A DNA stretch of 56,718 nucleotides from an uncultured Verrucomicrobiae bacterium (GTDB taxonomy: Bacteria; Verrucomicrobiota; Verrucomicrobiia; Opitutales; JABDGR01). Below are positions 1 through 13,700 of the stretch, piece after piece (within the stretch, counting starts at the first letter, position 1; every line of letters begins with the position of its first letter). The notes beneath the pieces are model-generated. The model ran no database searches. It saw only the letters and a program-made list of their open reading frames with translations, and was not told the origin of the DNA. The stretch is from assembly GCA_963765205.1 (NCBI GenBank), contig CAVXVB010000010.1, positions 1 through 56,718 of the forward strand, read 5' to 3'. The position numbers and the translations under genes are program-made.

Positions 1-3000
1 CAGGTTGGCCGTGCCGTTTTGGGTACATTACCGGCCCCGGAGATGATGCCGTTGAACGCACTGTTCGCGCTTTGAGCGAAGACCAAGTTCGTCGCGTCCA
101 CGAGGTTGCCGCCCAACCCGGAGGTGCTCCCGGTCAGCGTCAGCGTGCCGCTATTGATCGTCGTCGTGTTGCTGTAAGTGTTGTTGCCGGCCAGCGTGAG
201 ATTCGCGCTCCCGTTTTGCGTCACGTTGCCCGCCCCCGAAATCGTCCCGTTGAACACGCTGTTCGCGCTTTGCGCGAAGACCAGGTTCGTGGTGTCCACA
301 ATGTTGCCGGTCAATTGCGAGGTGTCGCCCGTGAAGGTCAGCGTGCCACTATTGATCGTGGTGGTATTGCTGTAGGTGTTCACGCCCGCCAGGGTCAGGT
401 TCGCGCTGCCATTCTGGCTCACGTTGCCCGCCCCCGAGATCGTCCCGTTAAACACACTGTTGGCACTCTGCGCAAAGACCAGGTTCGTCACATCCACGAT
501 GTTGCCCGTCAGGCCCGAGGTGTCGCCCGTCAGCGTCAACGTCCCGTTGTTGATCGTGGTCAGGCCGCCGTAAGTATTGGCCCCCGCCAGCGTCAGATTC
601 GCGCTCCCGTTTTGCGTCACGTTGCCCGCCCCTGAAATCGTCCCGTTGAACGCGCTATTGGCACTCTGGGCGAAGACCAGGTTCGTCACATCCACGATGT
701 TGCCCGTCAATCCACTCGTGCTGCCCGTCAGGGTCAGGATGCCGCTGTTGACCGTGGTCAGCCCGCCGTAAGTGTTCGCGCCGGCCAGCGTCAGATTCGC
801 GCTCCCGTTTTGCGTCACGTTGCCCGCCCCCGAAATCGTCCCGTTGAACACGCTATTCGCACTCTGGACAAAGAACAAGTTCGTGGCGTCCACCAAGTTG
901 CCGGTCAACCCGGAGGTGCTGCCGGTGAGAGTCAGCGAACCGCTGTTGATCGTCGTCAGGCCGCCATAAGTATTGGCCCCCGCCAGCGTCAGGTTCGCGC
1001 TCCCATTCTGGCTCACATTGCCGGAACCCGAAATCGTGCCGTTAAACACGCTGGCCGCCGTCTGGGCGAAGACCAAGTAGGAGCTGTCGGTGATGTTGCC
1101 GCTCAAACCGGAAGTGTCGCCCGTCAGCGTCAGCGTCCCGCTATTAACCGTGGTGGTGCCACCATAAGTATTGGCCCCCGCCAGGGTCAGATTTGCGCTG
1201 CCGCTCTGGCTCACGTTGCCGGAGCCGGAGATCGTGCCGTTAAACACGCTGGCCGCCGTCTGCGCAAACACCAGGTTCGTCACATCCACGATGTTGCCCG
1301 TCAGGCCCGAGGTGTCACCCGTCAAGGTCAGCGTGCCACTGTTGATCGTCGTCAGGCCACCATAAGTATTGGCCCCCGCCAGCGTCAGGTTCGCACTGCC
1401 GTTTTGCGTCACGTTGCCCGCCCCCGAAATCGTCCCGTTGAACGCGCTGTTGGCGCTCTGGGCGAAGACCAGGTTCGTCACATCCACGAGGTTGCCCGTC
1501 AATCCACTCGTGCTGCCCGTCAGGGTCAGGATGCCGCTGTTGACCGTGGTCAGCCCGCCGTAAGTGTTCGCGCCGGCCAGCGTGAGATTCGCGCTCCCGT
1601 TTTGCGTCACGTTGCCCGCCCCCGAAATCGTCCCGTTGAACGCGCTGTTGGTGCTCTGCGCGAACACCAGGTTCGTCACGTCCACCAGGTTACCCGTCAG
1701 ACCCGAAGTGTCACCCGTCAGCGTCAGCGTCCCGCTGTTGATCGTTGTCAGGCCGCCATAAGTATTGGCCCCCGCCAGCGTCAGGTTCGCACTCCCGTTC
1801 TGGCTCACGTTGCCGGAGCCGGAGATCGTGCCGTTAAACACGCTGGCCGCTGTCTGGGCGAAGACCAGGTAAGAACTGTCAGTGATGTTGCCCGTCAAAC
1901 CAGAAGTGTCGCCCGTCAGCGTCAGCGTCCCGCTGTTGATCGTCGTCAGCCCACCATAAGTGTTCGCGCCGGCCAGCGTCAGGTTCGCGCTGCCGTTCTG
2001 GCTCACGTTGCCCGCGCCCGAGATCGTGCCGTTAAACACGCTGTTCGCCGTCTGCGCAAACACCAGGTTCGTCACGTCCACGATGTTGCCCGTCAGGCCG
2101 CTCGTGTCGCCGGTGAAGGTCAGCGTGCCGCTGTTGATGTTGGTCGTGTTGCTGTAAGTGTTCGCGCCCGCCAGGGTCAGGTTGGCCGTGCCGTTTTGGG
2201 TCACATTACCGGCCCCGGAGATGATGCCGTTGAACGCACTGTTCGCGCTTTGAGCGAAGACCAAGTTCGTCGCGTCCACGAGGTTGCCGCCCAACCCGGA
2301 GGTGCTCCCGGTCAGCGTCAGCGTGCCGCTATTGATCGTCGTCGTGTTGCTGTAAGTGTTGTTGCCGGCCAGCGTGAGATTCGCGCTCCCGTTTTGCGTC
2401 ACGTTGCCCGCCCCCGAAATCGTCCCGTTGAACACGCTGTTCGCGCTTTGCGCGAAGACCAGGTTCGTGGTGTCCACAATGTTGCCGGTCAATTGCGAGG
2501 TGTCGCCCGTGAAGGTCAGCGTGCCACTATTGATCGTGGTGGTATTGCTGTAGGTGTTCACGCCCGCCAGGGTCAGGTTCGCGCTGCCATTCTGGCTCAC
2601 GTTGCCCGCCCCCGAGATCGTCCCGTTAAACACACTGTTGGCACTCTGCGCAAAGACCAGGTTCGTCACATCCACGATGTTGCCCGTCAGGCCCGAGGTG
2701 TCGCCCGTCAGCGTCAACGTCCCGTTGTTGATCGTGGTCAGGCCGCCGTAAGTATTGGCCCCCGCCAGCGTCAGATTCGCGCTCCCGTTTTGCGTCACGT
2801 TGCCCGCCCCTGAAATCGTCCCGTTGAACGCGCTATTGGCACTCTGGGCGAAGACCAGGTTCGTCACATCCACGATGTTGCCCGTCAATCCACTCGTGCT
2901 GCCCGTCAGGGTCAGGATGCCGCTGTTGACCGTGGTCAGCCCGCCGTAAGTGTTCGCGCCGGCCAGCGTCAGATTCGCGCTCCCGTTTTGCGTCACGTTG

Positions 3001-4705
3001 CCCGCCCCCGAAATCGTCCCGTTGAACACGCTATTCGCACTCTGGACAAAGAACAAGTTCGTGGCGTCCACCAAGTTGCCGGTCAACCCGGAGGTGCTGC
3101 CGGTGAGAGTCAGCGAACCGCTGTTGATCGTCGTCAGGCCGCCATAAGTATTGGCCCCCGCCAGCGTCAGGTTCGCGCTCCCATTCTGGCTCACATTGCC
3201 GGAACCCGAAATCGTGCCGTTAAACACGCTGGCCGCCGTCTGGGCGAAGACCAAGTAGGAGCTGTCGGTGATGTTGCCGCTCAAACCGGAAGTGTCGCCC
3301 GTCAGCGTCAGCGTCCCGCTATTAACCGTGGTGGTGCCACCATAAGTATTGGCCCCCGCCAGGGTCAGATTTGCGCTGCCGCTCTGGCTCACGTTGCCGG
3401 AGCCGGAGATCGTGCCGTTAAACACGCTGGCCGCCGTCTGCGCAAACACCAGGTTCGTCACATCCACGATGTTGCCCGTCAGGCCCGAGGTGTCACCCGT
3501 CAAGGTCAGCGTGCCACTGTTGATCGTCGTCAGGCCACCATAAGTATTGGCCCCCGCCAGCGTCAGGTTCGCACTGCCGTTTTGCGTCACGTTGCCCGCC
3601 CCCGAAATCGTCCCGTTGAACGCGCTGTTGGCGCTCTGGGCGAAGACCAGGTTCGTCACATCCACGAGGTTGCCCGTCAATCCACTCGTGCTGCCCGTCA
3701 GGGTCAGGATGCCGCTGTTGACCGTGGTCAGCCCGCCGTAAGTGTTCGCGCCGGCCAGCGTGAGATTCGCGCTCCCGTTTTGCGTCACGTTGCCCGCCCC
3801 CGAAATCGTCCCGTTGAACGCGCTGTTGGTGCTCTGCGCGAACACCAGGTTCGTCACGTCCACCAGGTTACCCGTCAGACCCGAAGTGTCACCCGTCAGC
3901 GTCAGCGTCCCGCTGTTGATCGTTGTCAGGCCGCCATAAGTATTGGCCCCCGCCAGCGTCAGGTTCGCACTCCCGTTCTGGCTCACGTTGCCGGAGCCGG
4001 AGATCGTGCCGTTAAACACGCTGGCCGCTGTCTGGGCGAAGACCAGGTAAGAACTGTCAGTGATGTTGCCCGTCAAACCAGAAGTGTCGCCCGTCAGCGT
4101 CAGCGTCCCGCTGTTGATCGTCGTCAGCCCACCATAAGTGTTCGCGCCGGCCAGCGTCAGGTTCGCGCTGCCGTTCTGGCTCACGTTGCCCGCGCCCGAG
4201 ATCGTGCCGTTAAACACGCTGTTCGCCGTCTGCGCAAACACCAGGTTCGTCACGTCCACGATGTTGCCCGTCAGGCCGCTCGTGTCGCCGGTGAAGGTCA
4301 GCGTGCCGCTGTTGATGTTGGTCGTGTTGCTGTAAGTGTTCGCGCCCGCCAGGGTCAGGTTGGCCGTGCCGTTTTGGGTCACATTACCGGCCCCGGAGAT
4401 GATGCCGTTGAACGCACTGTTCGCGCTTTGAGCGAAGACCAAGTTCGTCGCGTCCACGAGGTTGCCGCCCAACCCGGAGGTGCTCCCGGTCAGCGTCAGC
4501 GTGCCGCTATTGATCGTCGTCGTGTTGCTGTAAGTGTTGTTGCCGGCCAGCGTGAGATTCGCGCTCCCGTTTTGCGTCACGTTGCCCGCCCCCGAAATCG
4601 TCCCGTTGAACACGCTGTTCGCGCTTTGCGCGAAGACCAGGTTCGTGGTGTCCACAATGTTACCGGTCAATTGCGAGGTGTCGCCCGTGAAGGTCAGCGT
4701 GCCAC
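1..4705. repeat. Tandem 2178-bp super-repeat (11 x 198-bp units), ~2.15 copies visible
   Basis: Sequence at 1 recurs at 2178 and 4356; identical shadow ORFs at 178/2356/4534 and 810/2988. Confidence 0.95.
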
Positions 4706-7700
4706 TGTTAATGTTCGTCGTACCGCTGTAGAGGTCCGCGCCTCCGAGGGTCAGGTTGCCTCCGCCGTTCTCGGTCAGCGCACCCGCGCCACTCAGCACG
4801 CCCGACAAGGTAGCGTTCAATCCATTTGTATTAATTGTTGAGTTGGTGGAGCTGACCAAGGTCATGTTAATGGTCGAACTCAAATCCGACGCGGTCACTT
4901 GAATAATGCCGCCGCCCAGGTTGAAGGCATACATCCCGGCCCCGGCCGAGATATTGCCCGCCCCGCCGACTTCCAGCACGCCACTGCTATTCAAATTCAC
5001 GGTGCCGTTGGAACCACCGTTGACGGCGAGTTCCAAGGCTCCGAGCGCCACGGTGCCACTATTGGAAATTGTCAGGCTGCCCACGTTGCCCACACCCACA
5101 TAAAGCGTGCCCGACCCGAGGTTCCAAATCGAATTCGCACCATCCACCACTACCGTGCCAATGGAGGTAATCGAATCCAGATAACTCGTGCCGCTGAGGA
5201 CCGTGCCACCGTTGGAAACCGTCAGGGCGCCCGAACCGAGGTCGCCCACGTAGAGGGAATTCGACCCGAGGGTCCAGGTCGAATTCGCGCCCGTCACCAG
5301 CACGGTGCCGTTGGAGCCGGTCTGGTTGCCGAGAATGCCTGCGCCGCTGGTCAGGGTGGCACCGCTGGAAATCGTCAGGTTGCCATTGCCGGCATCACCC
5401 ACATAAATGTTGTTCGACCCGAGGCTCCAGGTCGAATTCGCGCCGGTCACCAGGACGGTGCCGTTGCCGTTGGTCGTGTAGCCCACTTCGCCGATCTGGC
5501 TGCTCACGGTGCCGCCATTGGAAATCGTCAAATTGCCTGTATTTCCAAAACCCACGAAAAGGGTGGACAAATTATCCAAAGTCGAATTGGCGCCGGTCAC
5601 GGTCACGTTGCCGGGGCCGCTGGCACCAATCAGAACCTCGTGGCCCGTGACATTGCCGCCGTTGGCAATCGTCAGGCTGCCCGCGCTATTATCACCCACA
5701 TAAAGGAAGTTGCCGGCATTGCCGAAGTTCCAAGTCGAATTGGTGTCGGTCACCAGCACACTGCCAGGAGCCGTAAAGTTGGCGCCGTCATTACCAATAA
5801 TGCCTCCGGCACTGCTGACGTTGCCGCCGCCGGAAATCGTCAAGTTGCCGGCGGAAGTATTGCCCACCATCAACTGATTGGTGTCCTCGATGGCCGCCGT
5901 GGAGCCGTTCACCGCCAGCGTGCCCCCGTTGATCGTTGTGTTGCCAGTGTAGTTGCTGGCACCCGTGAGCGTCAGGGTCGCACTGCCGTTTTGGGTGACG
6001 GCGCCGGAACCCGAAATAACACCACCATAAGTGCTGTTGCTGCTTTGATCGAAGACCAAGTTCGTGGCATCGGCAATGTTGCCCGTCAGCCCGGAGGTGC
6101 TGCCCGTGAGGGTCAGCGTGCCGCTGTTGATCGTCGTCGTCCCGCCGTAGGTGTTCGCCCCCGCCAGGGTCAGGTTCGCGCTGCCGCTTTGCGTCACGTT
6201 GCCCGCCGCGCCCGAGATGGTCCCGTTGAACACGCTGGCCGCGCTCTGGGCGAACACCAGATTCGAAGTGTCCACCATGTTGCCGCCCAAACCGGACGTG
6301 TCATTCGTCAAGGTCAGCGTGCCGTTGCTGATCGTCGTCGTGCCGCCGTAGGTGTTCGCCGCGGTCAAGGTCAGGTTCGCGCTGCCGTTTTGCGTCACGT
6401 TGCCCGCCGCGCCCGAGATGGTCCCGTTGAACACGCTGGCCGCCGTCTGCGCAAAGACCAGGTAGGAACTGTCAGTAATGTTGCCGGTCAAGCCCGAGGT
6501 GTCGCCCGCCAGCGTCAGCGTGCCGCTGTTGATCGTCGTCGTGCCACCATAGGTGTTCGCCCCCGCCAGCGTCAGGTTCGCGCTGCCGCTTTGCGTCACA
6601 TTGCCCGCCCCCGAAATCGTGCCGTTGAACGCGCTGTTTGCGCTCTGGACAAAATACAGATTCGTGACGTCCACCAGGTTGCCCGTCAAGCCGGAGGTGC
6701 TGCCCGTGAGGGTCAGCGTGCCGCTGTTGATCGTCGTCGTCCCGCCGTAGGTGTTCGCCCCCGCCAGGGTCAGGTTCGCGCTCCCGCTTTGCGTCACATT
6801 GCCCGCGCCCGAGATGGTCCCGTTGAACGCGCTGCTCGCGCTCTGGACGAAGACCAGGTTCGAAGTGTCCACCAGGTTGCCCGTCAACCCGGAGGTGCTG
6901 CCCGTGAGGGTCAGCGTGCCGCTGTTGATCGTCGTCGTCCCGCCGTAGGTGTTCGCCCCCGCCAGGGTCAGGTTCGCGCTGCCGCTTTGCGTCACGTTGC
7001 CCGCCGCGCCCGAGATGGTCCCGTTGAACACGCTGGCCGCGCTCTGGGCGAACACCAGATTCGAAGTGTCCACCATGTTGCCGCCCAAACCGGACGTGTC
7101 ATTCGTCAAGGTCAGCGTGCCGTTGCTGATCGTCGTCGTGCCGCCGTAGGTGTTCGCCGCGGTCAAGGTCAGGTTCGCGCTGCCGTTTTGCGTCACGTTG
7201 CCCGCCGCGCCCGAGATGGTCCCGTTGAACACGCTGGCCGCCGTCTGCGCAAAGACCAGGTAGGAACTGTCAGTAATGTTGCCGGTCAAGCCCGAGGTGT
7301 CGCCCGCCAGCGTCAGCGTGCCGCTGTTGATCGTCGTCGTGCCACCATAGGTGTTCGCCCCCGCCAGCGTCAGGTTCGCGCTGCCGCTTTGCGTCACATT
7401 GCCCGCCCCCGAAATCGTGCCGTTGAACGCGCTGTTTGCGCTCTGGACAAAATACAGATTCGTGACGTCCACCAGGTTGCCCGTCAAGCCGGAGGTGCTG
7501 CCCGTGAGGGTCAGCGTGCCGCTGTTGATCGTCGTCGTCCCGCCGTAGGTGTTCGCCCCCGCCAGGGTCAGGTTCGCGCTCCCGCTTTGCGTCACATTGC
7601 CCGCGCCCGAGATGGTCCCGTTGAACGCGCTGCTCGCGCTCTGGACGAAGACCAGGTTCGAAGTGTCCACCAGGTTGCCCGTCAACCCGGAGGTGCTGCC

Positions 7701-10700
7701 CGTGAGGGTCAGCGTGCCGCTGTTGATCGTCGTCGTCCCGCCGTAGGTGTTCGCCCCCGCCAGGGTCAGGTTCGCGCTGCCGCTTTGCGTCACGTTGCCC
7801 GCCGCGCCCGAGATGGTCCCGTTGAACACGCTGGCCGCGCTCTGGGCGAACACCAGATTCGAAGTGTCCACCATGTTGCCGCCCAAACCGGACGTGTCAT
7901 TCGTCAAGGTCAGCGTGCCGTTGCTGATCGTCGTCGTGCCGCCGTAGGTGTTCGCCGCGGTCAAGGTCAGGTTTGCGCTGCCGTTTTGCGTCACGTTGCC
8001 CGCCGCGCCCGAGATGGTCCCGTTGAACACGCTGGCCGCCGTCTGCGCAAAGACCAGGTAGGAACTGTCAGTAATGTTGCCGGTCAAGCCCGAGGTGTCG
8101 CCCGCCAGCGTCAGCGTGCCGCTGTTGATCGTCGTCGTGCCACCATAGGTGTTCGCCCCCGCCAGCGTCAGGTTCGCGCTGCCGCTTTGCGTCACATTGC
8201 CCGCCCCCGAAATCGTGCCGTTGAACGCGCTGTTTGCGCTCTGGACAAAATACAGATTCGTGACGTCCACCAGGTTGCCCGTCAAGCCGGAGGTGCTGCC
8301 CGTGAGGGTCAGCGTGCCGCTGTTGATCGTCGTCGTCCCGCCGTAGGTGTTCGCCCCCGCCAGGGTCAGGTTCGCGCTGCCGCTTTGCGTCACATTGCCC
8401 GCGCCCGAGATGGTCCCGTTGAACGCGCTGCTCGCGCTCTGGACGAAGACCAGGTTCGAAGTGTCCACCAGGTTGCCCGTCAACCCGGAGGTGCTGCCCG
8501 TGAGGGTCAGCGTGCCGCTGTTGATCGTCGTCGTCCCGCCGTAGGTGTTCGCCCCCGCCAGGGTCAGGTTCGCGCTGCCGCTTTGCGTCACGTTGCCCGC
8601 CGCGCCCGAGATGGTCCCGTTGAACACGCTGGCCGCGCTCTGGGCGAACACCAGATTCGAAGTGTCCACCATGTTGCCGCCCAAACCGGACGTGTCATTC
8701 GTCAAGGTCAGCGTGCCGTTGCTGATCGTCGTCGTGCCGCCGTAGGTGTTCGCCGCGGTCAAGGTCAGGTTCGCGCTGCCGTTTTGCGTCACGTTGCCCG
8801 CCGCGCCCGAGATGGTCCCGTTGAACACGCTGGCCGCCGTCTGCGCAAAGACCAGGTAGGAACTGTCAGTAATGTTGCCGGTCAAGCCCGAGGTGTCGCC
8901 CGCCAGCGTCAGCGTGCCGCTGTTGATCGTCGTCGTGCCACCATAGGTGTTCGCCCCCGCCAGCGTCAGGTTCGCGCTGCCGCTTTGCGTCACATTGCCC
9001 GCCCCCGAAATCGTGCCGTTGAACGCGCTGTTTGCGCTCTGGACAAAATACAGATTCGTGACGTCCACCAGGTTGCCCGTCAAGCCGGAGGTGCTGCCCG
9101 TGAGGGTCAGCGTGCCGCTGTTGATCGTCGTCGTCCCGCCGTAGGTGTTCGCCCCCGCCAGGGTCAGGTTCGCGCTCCCGCTTTGCGTCACATTGCCCGC
9201 GCCCGAGATGGTCCCGTTGAACGCGCTGCTCGCGCTCTGGACGAAGACCAGGTTCGAAGTGTCCACCAGGTTGCCCGTCAACCCGGAGGTGCTGCCCGTG
9301 AGGGTCAGCGTGCCGCTGTTGATCGTCGTCGTCCCGCCGTAGGTGTTCGCCCCCGCCAGGGTCAGGTTCGCGCTGCCGCTTTGCGTCACGTTGCCCGCCG
9401 CGCCCGAGATGGTCCCGTTGAACACGCTGGCCGCGCTCTGGGCGAACACCAGATTCGAAGTGTCCACCATGTTGCCGCCCAAACCGGACGTGTCATTCGT
9501 CAAGGTCAGCGTGCCGTTGCTGATCGTCGTCGTGCCGCCGTAGGTGTTCGCCGCGGTCAAGGTCAGGTTTGCGCTGCCGTTTTGCGTCACGTTGCCCGCC
9601 GCGCCCGAGATGGTCCCGTTGAACACGCTGGCCGCCGTCTGCGCAAAGACCAGGTAGGAACTGTCAGTAATGTTGCCGGTCAAGCCCGAGGTGTCGCCCG
9701 CCAGCGTCAGCGTGCCGCTGTTGATCGTCGTCGTGCCACCATAGGTGTTCGCCCCCGCCAGCGTCAGGTTCGCGCTGCCGCTTTGCGTCACATTGCCCGC
9801 CCCCGAAATCGTGCCGTTGAACGCGCTGTTTGCGCTCTGGACAAAATACAGATTCGTGACGTCCACCAGGTTGCCCGTCAAGCCGGAGGTGCTGCCCGTG
9901 AGGGTCAGCGTGCCGCTGTTGATCGTCGTCGTCCCGCCGTAGGTGTTCGCCCCCGCCAGGGTCAGGTTCGCGCTGCCGCTTTGCGTCACATTGCCCGCGC
10001 CCGAGATGGTCCCGTTGAACGCGCTGCTCGCGCTCTGGACGAAGACCAGGTTCGAAGTGTCCACCAGGTTGCCCGTCAACCCGGAGGTGCTGCCCGTGAG
10101 GGTCAGCGTGCCGCTGTTGATCGTCGTCGTCCCGCCGTAGGTGTTCGCCCCCGCCAGGGTCAGGTTCGCGCTGCCGCTTTGCGTCACGTTGCCCGCGCCG
10201 GAAATCGTGCCATTAAATATGCTGGTCACGCTTTGGGCAAAGACCAGATTCGTCGCATCCACGATATTGCCACCCAAACCAGAGGTGTCGCCCGTCAAGG
10301 TCAGCGTGCCACTGTTGATGGTCGTCGTGTTGCTGTAGGTGTTGTTGCCCGCGAGGGTCAGATTTGCGCTGCCACTCTGCGTCACGTTACCCGCGCCGGA
10401 AATCGTGCCATTAAATATGCTGTTCGCGCTTTGGACGAAGACCAGGTTCGTCGCGTCCACGATGTTGCCACCCAAACCAGAGGTGTCGCCCGCCAGCGTC
10501 AGCGTGCCGCTGTTGATGGTCGTCGTGTTGCTGTAGGTGTTGTTGCCTGCGAGAGTCAGGTTTGCGCTGCCGTTTTGCGTCACATTGCCCGCGCCGGAAA
10601 TCGTGCCATTAAATATGCTGTTCGCGCTTTGGGTGAAGACCAGGTTGGTCGCGTCCGCAATGTTGCCCGCCAACTGGGAGGTGTCACCCGTGAAGATCAA

Positions 10701-13700
10701 GGTTCCGCTGTTGATGTAGGTGTTGCCAGAATAATTGTTCACGCCGCCGAGCGTCAGAATGCCGCCGCCCGCACTCGTGAGCGCGCCGGCACCGGTAATA
10801 TTTCCGCCGTAGGTCAGGGCGGTCAGTGTGTCCACGCTGAAAGTCCCACCGGTGACATTGAGCGTGATGCCGCGATTCGCGCTGAGGGTAAAGTTAGCGG
10901 TGGTTTCAAGGGTGCCCGTGTCAAAGGTCAGGCTGTTGAGCGTGGGCGAGCCCGGAACGGCGCCCAGATTGTCATCCGCGCTAATCGCCAGCGTGCCACC
11001 ATTAATGTTGGTGGAGCCGTTATAGACGTTATTGCCGGAAAGGGTCACCAAGCCGGAGGTGGTTTTAAGCACACCGATGGTGTAGCCTGTGTTGGTGCCC
11101 AAGCGGGCACTGACCAGGCCGCTATATAAGTCGAACGGATTGTCGCTCGAGATGATACCGGTTGTGCCGGTGATGTTGCCGGCCACGAGGGTCAACTGGC
11201 CCAGGCCGAGATTCTGGTTATTCCCGTTGATTGTCAAATAACCGCCGGAGACCGTCACGGCACCACCGCCAAGCACGGCAGCCAAGGGTACGCCGTCCAC
11301 CGACTGCAAGTTCAGGGTGCCGGCCTCGATGAAGGTGCCGCCGCCGTAAGAATTGTTGGTTCCGGCAATGTTCACCGTGCCGCCGCCCAATGAACCGTCG
11401 GATAACTTGGTCAAAGAGCCGCTGCCGCTGAGTTTCACATTGATGCTGCCGTTCTCGACATTGAAGGCGGTCGCCGCGCTCAACTGGGCCGAACCGGTGA
11501 CCAGGCCGCCATTATCCAAATCAAGGGTGTCCACGACCGTGTTAAAGTTCGCAATGTTGAAGTCGGAGTTAACCGGATTTAAGCTGGTGGTGTTGCCGTT
11601 CACAATCAATGTCGTGGTCGGGGAAAGACCCTGGGTGACGCCCATGAGCAACGTGCCCTGGTTGATGGTCGTGCTGCCCGTGTAGTTGCTATTATTCGCA
11701 AACGTCTGCACGGTGCCGGGACCCGTCAGAATCAGACCACCCGCGGAGGTGCCGTTCGTGATTGTGCCGTTGATATCAATGGTGTCACCTGTCGCCACGG
11801 CCACCGTCAAATCGCCCGCGACGGTAATGAGCCCCGAAACCGTGGCCGTGCCGGTGACCGTGGTGCCCATGGCCAGGGTCTGGCTGAGGCCATAATTATT
11901 GCTGAAAATCGGATTGGTAATCTTGATACCCGCCGCACCCAGCGCCAACGCCGGGGTGTCGCCCGCCAGCGTCGAGGCATTGGCGATGTTCACGGCGCCA
12001 GTGCCCAAAGATCCATTGCTGTTGGCAGTCAACGTCCCGTTGATCACCGTCGTGCCGCCGCCGTAGGTGTTGGTGCCGCCCAGCGTGGCGGAGTCGGAGC
12101 CGGACTTGACCAGTTCGATGTCGCTGGTGCCCGGGGTAATATTCCCGTTATACGTCAAGTTATAGCCAAGGGAACCATTGATGGTCAAGACGCTGAGGCT
12201 GCCGCCGTTGTTGGTCACAATGTTGTTGGCCGGGCCGGCGGAGGCCAAACCCGCCAGCGTTTGATCGTAGCCATTTAGATCATAAGTGTTGGTATAAGAC
12301 CCGGTGTCGGCAGTTGTATTGCCCAAGGTCAGCGTCGTGGTGACGGGCAGGGCATTCGCGATGCCATTGATGATTGTGCTGTTGCCATACACATAGGTGG
12401 GGCCAAAATAATTATTTTGGGACTCGAAGGTGACGGTCGTGTTGCCGTTAATCACCAAGTCGGAATTGAAACTGCCCGAGTTGCCCGTGATCTGGTTGTA
12501 AATAACGAACGTCCCACCGCTCAGGACCAGCACCGTGCTGTTCTTGCTGATGAAAGTTACCGTCCAGCGTCAGTGTGCCCCCCCCGTCATTCGTGATGGT
12601 GCTGTTACTGGAATTAATGGTGATGTTGCTCGTAAAGGGGACGGTGTCGTTGGTAACCACCAAAACGCCGGGTGTGGTATTCGAGCCGAGGGTGATGCCG
12701 CTGGGCGAGCCTTCCGACTCGGTGCTCGCATAATCCAGGTTGCCCATGGCGACCGTAACGCAGCCGGTAAAGGTGTTGTCGCCCGACAGAAGCCAGGTGC
12801 CCAAGCCCGTTTTGTAGATGGAGGTGGGGTCACCCACGCCATAGTCGGCAATGTTCGCCGCCAAGACATTGGGAACGGAATTAGTGCCGGAGCTGCCGGT
12901 CAGGGTTAACGTATGCGCACCCGCGCCCAGGAGCGTAATGTTGGAGGTGTTGCTGAAAGTAATCACGCCCGAGCCCGAAGCATCCAGGGTGCCGCCATTG
13001 AGTCCGATGCTGAAGGAGCGGTCCGTGGTGGCCGTCCCGCCGGTATATTGCAGGGTGCCACCGTTAAGAATTAGGTTGGAGGCACTGCTGGAGGATGCGC
13101 CGATGCCGCTGACGTTTCCGCCAATGTCCAGCAACGAAACGCTGATCGTGCCGTTGTTGATGGTTGTGGCCCCGGTGTAATTGTTCGCGCTCGGGAGGAA
13201 CAGCGTGGCGCTGCCGTTTTGCGTCACCGTGCCGGCGCCGTTAATCACCCCGCTGAACGTGCTGTTGCTGGTTTGGTTGAACACCAGCACCGAATTGTCC
13301 ACGATGCCGCCGCCCAATTGCGAAGTGTCGTTCGAAAAGATGAGCGTCCCATTGTTGATCGTCGTCGTGCCATTATAAGAGTTCGCGCCCGCCAGGGTCA
13401 GGTTCGCCGTGCCGTTTTGCGTCACGTTGCCCGCGCCCGAAATCGTCCCATTAAACGCACTGTCCGCCGTCTGGTTGAACACCAAGTTCGCGGCGTCGGC
13501 TACGTTGCCGCCCAAACCGCCGGTATTCCCGGTGAAAATCAGCGTGCCCGAGTTGATGCTCGTCAGGCCCGAGTAGTTGCTGGCGTTGGTGAGCGTCAGG
13601 TTTGTATTGCCATTTTGCGCCACGTTGCCCGTGCCCGCAATAATCCCGGTAAACGTGCTGTCCGCCGTCTCGTTGAACGCCAAGTTCGCGGCGTCGGCCA

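Noticed and set aside
1..10196. CRISPR array
   Set aside because: The repeats are long, contiguous, in-frame coding units without unique spacers, and no cas genes are present.
178..10719. Apparent array of ~65-aa small ORFs every 198 bp (peptide library?)
   Set aside because: Their stops and starts are the reverse complement of the repeated Asn-Thr-Tyr codons of the adhesin; there is no intergenic space or RBS.
72..11129. Long plus-strand ORFs (667, 617 and 2076 aa) rich in Arg/Ala/Val
   Set aside because: Antisense shadows of the repetitive adhesin; the minus frame has the recognisable motifs.
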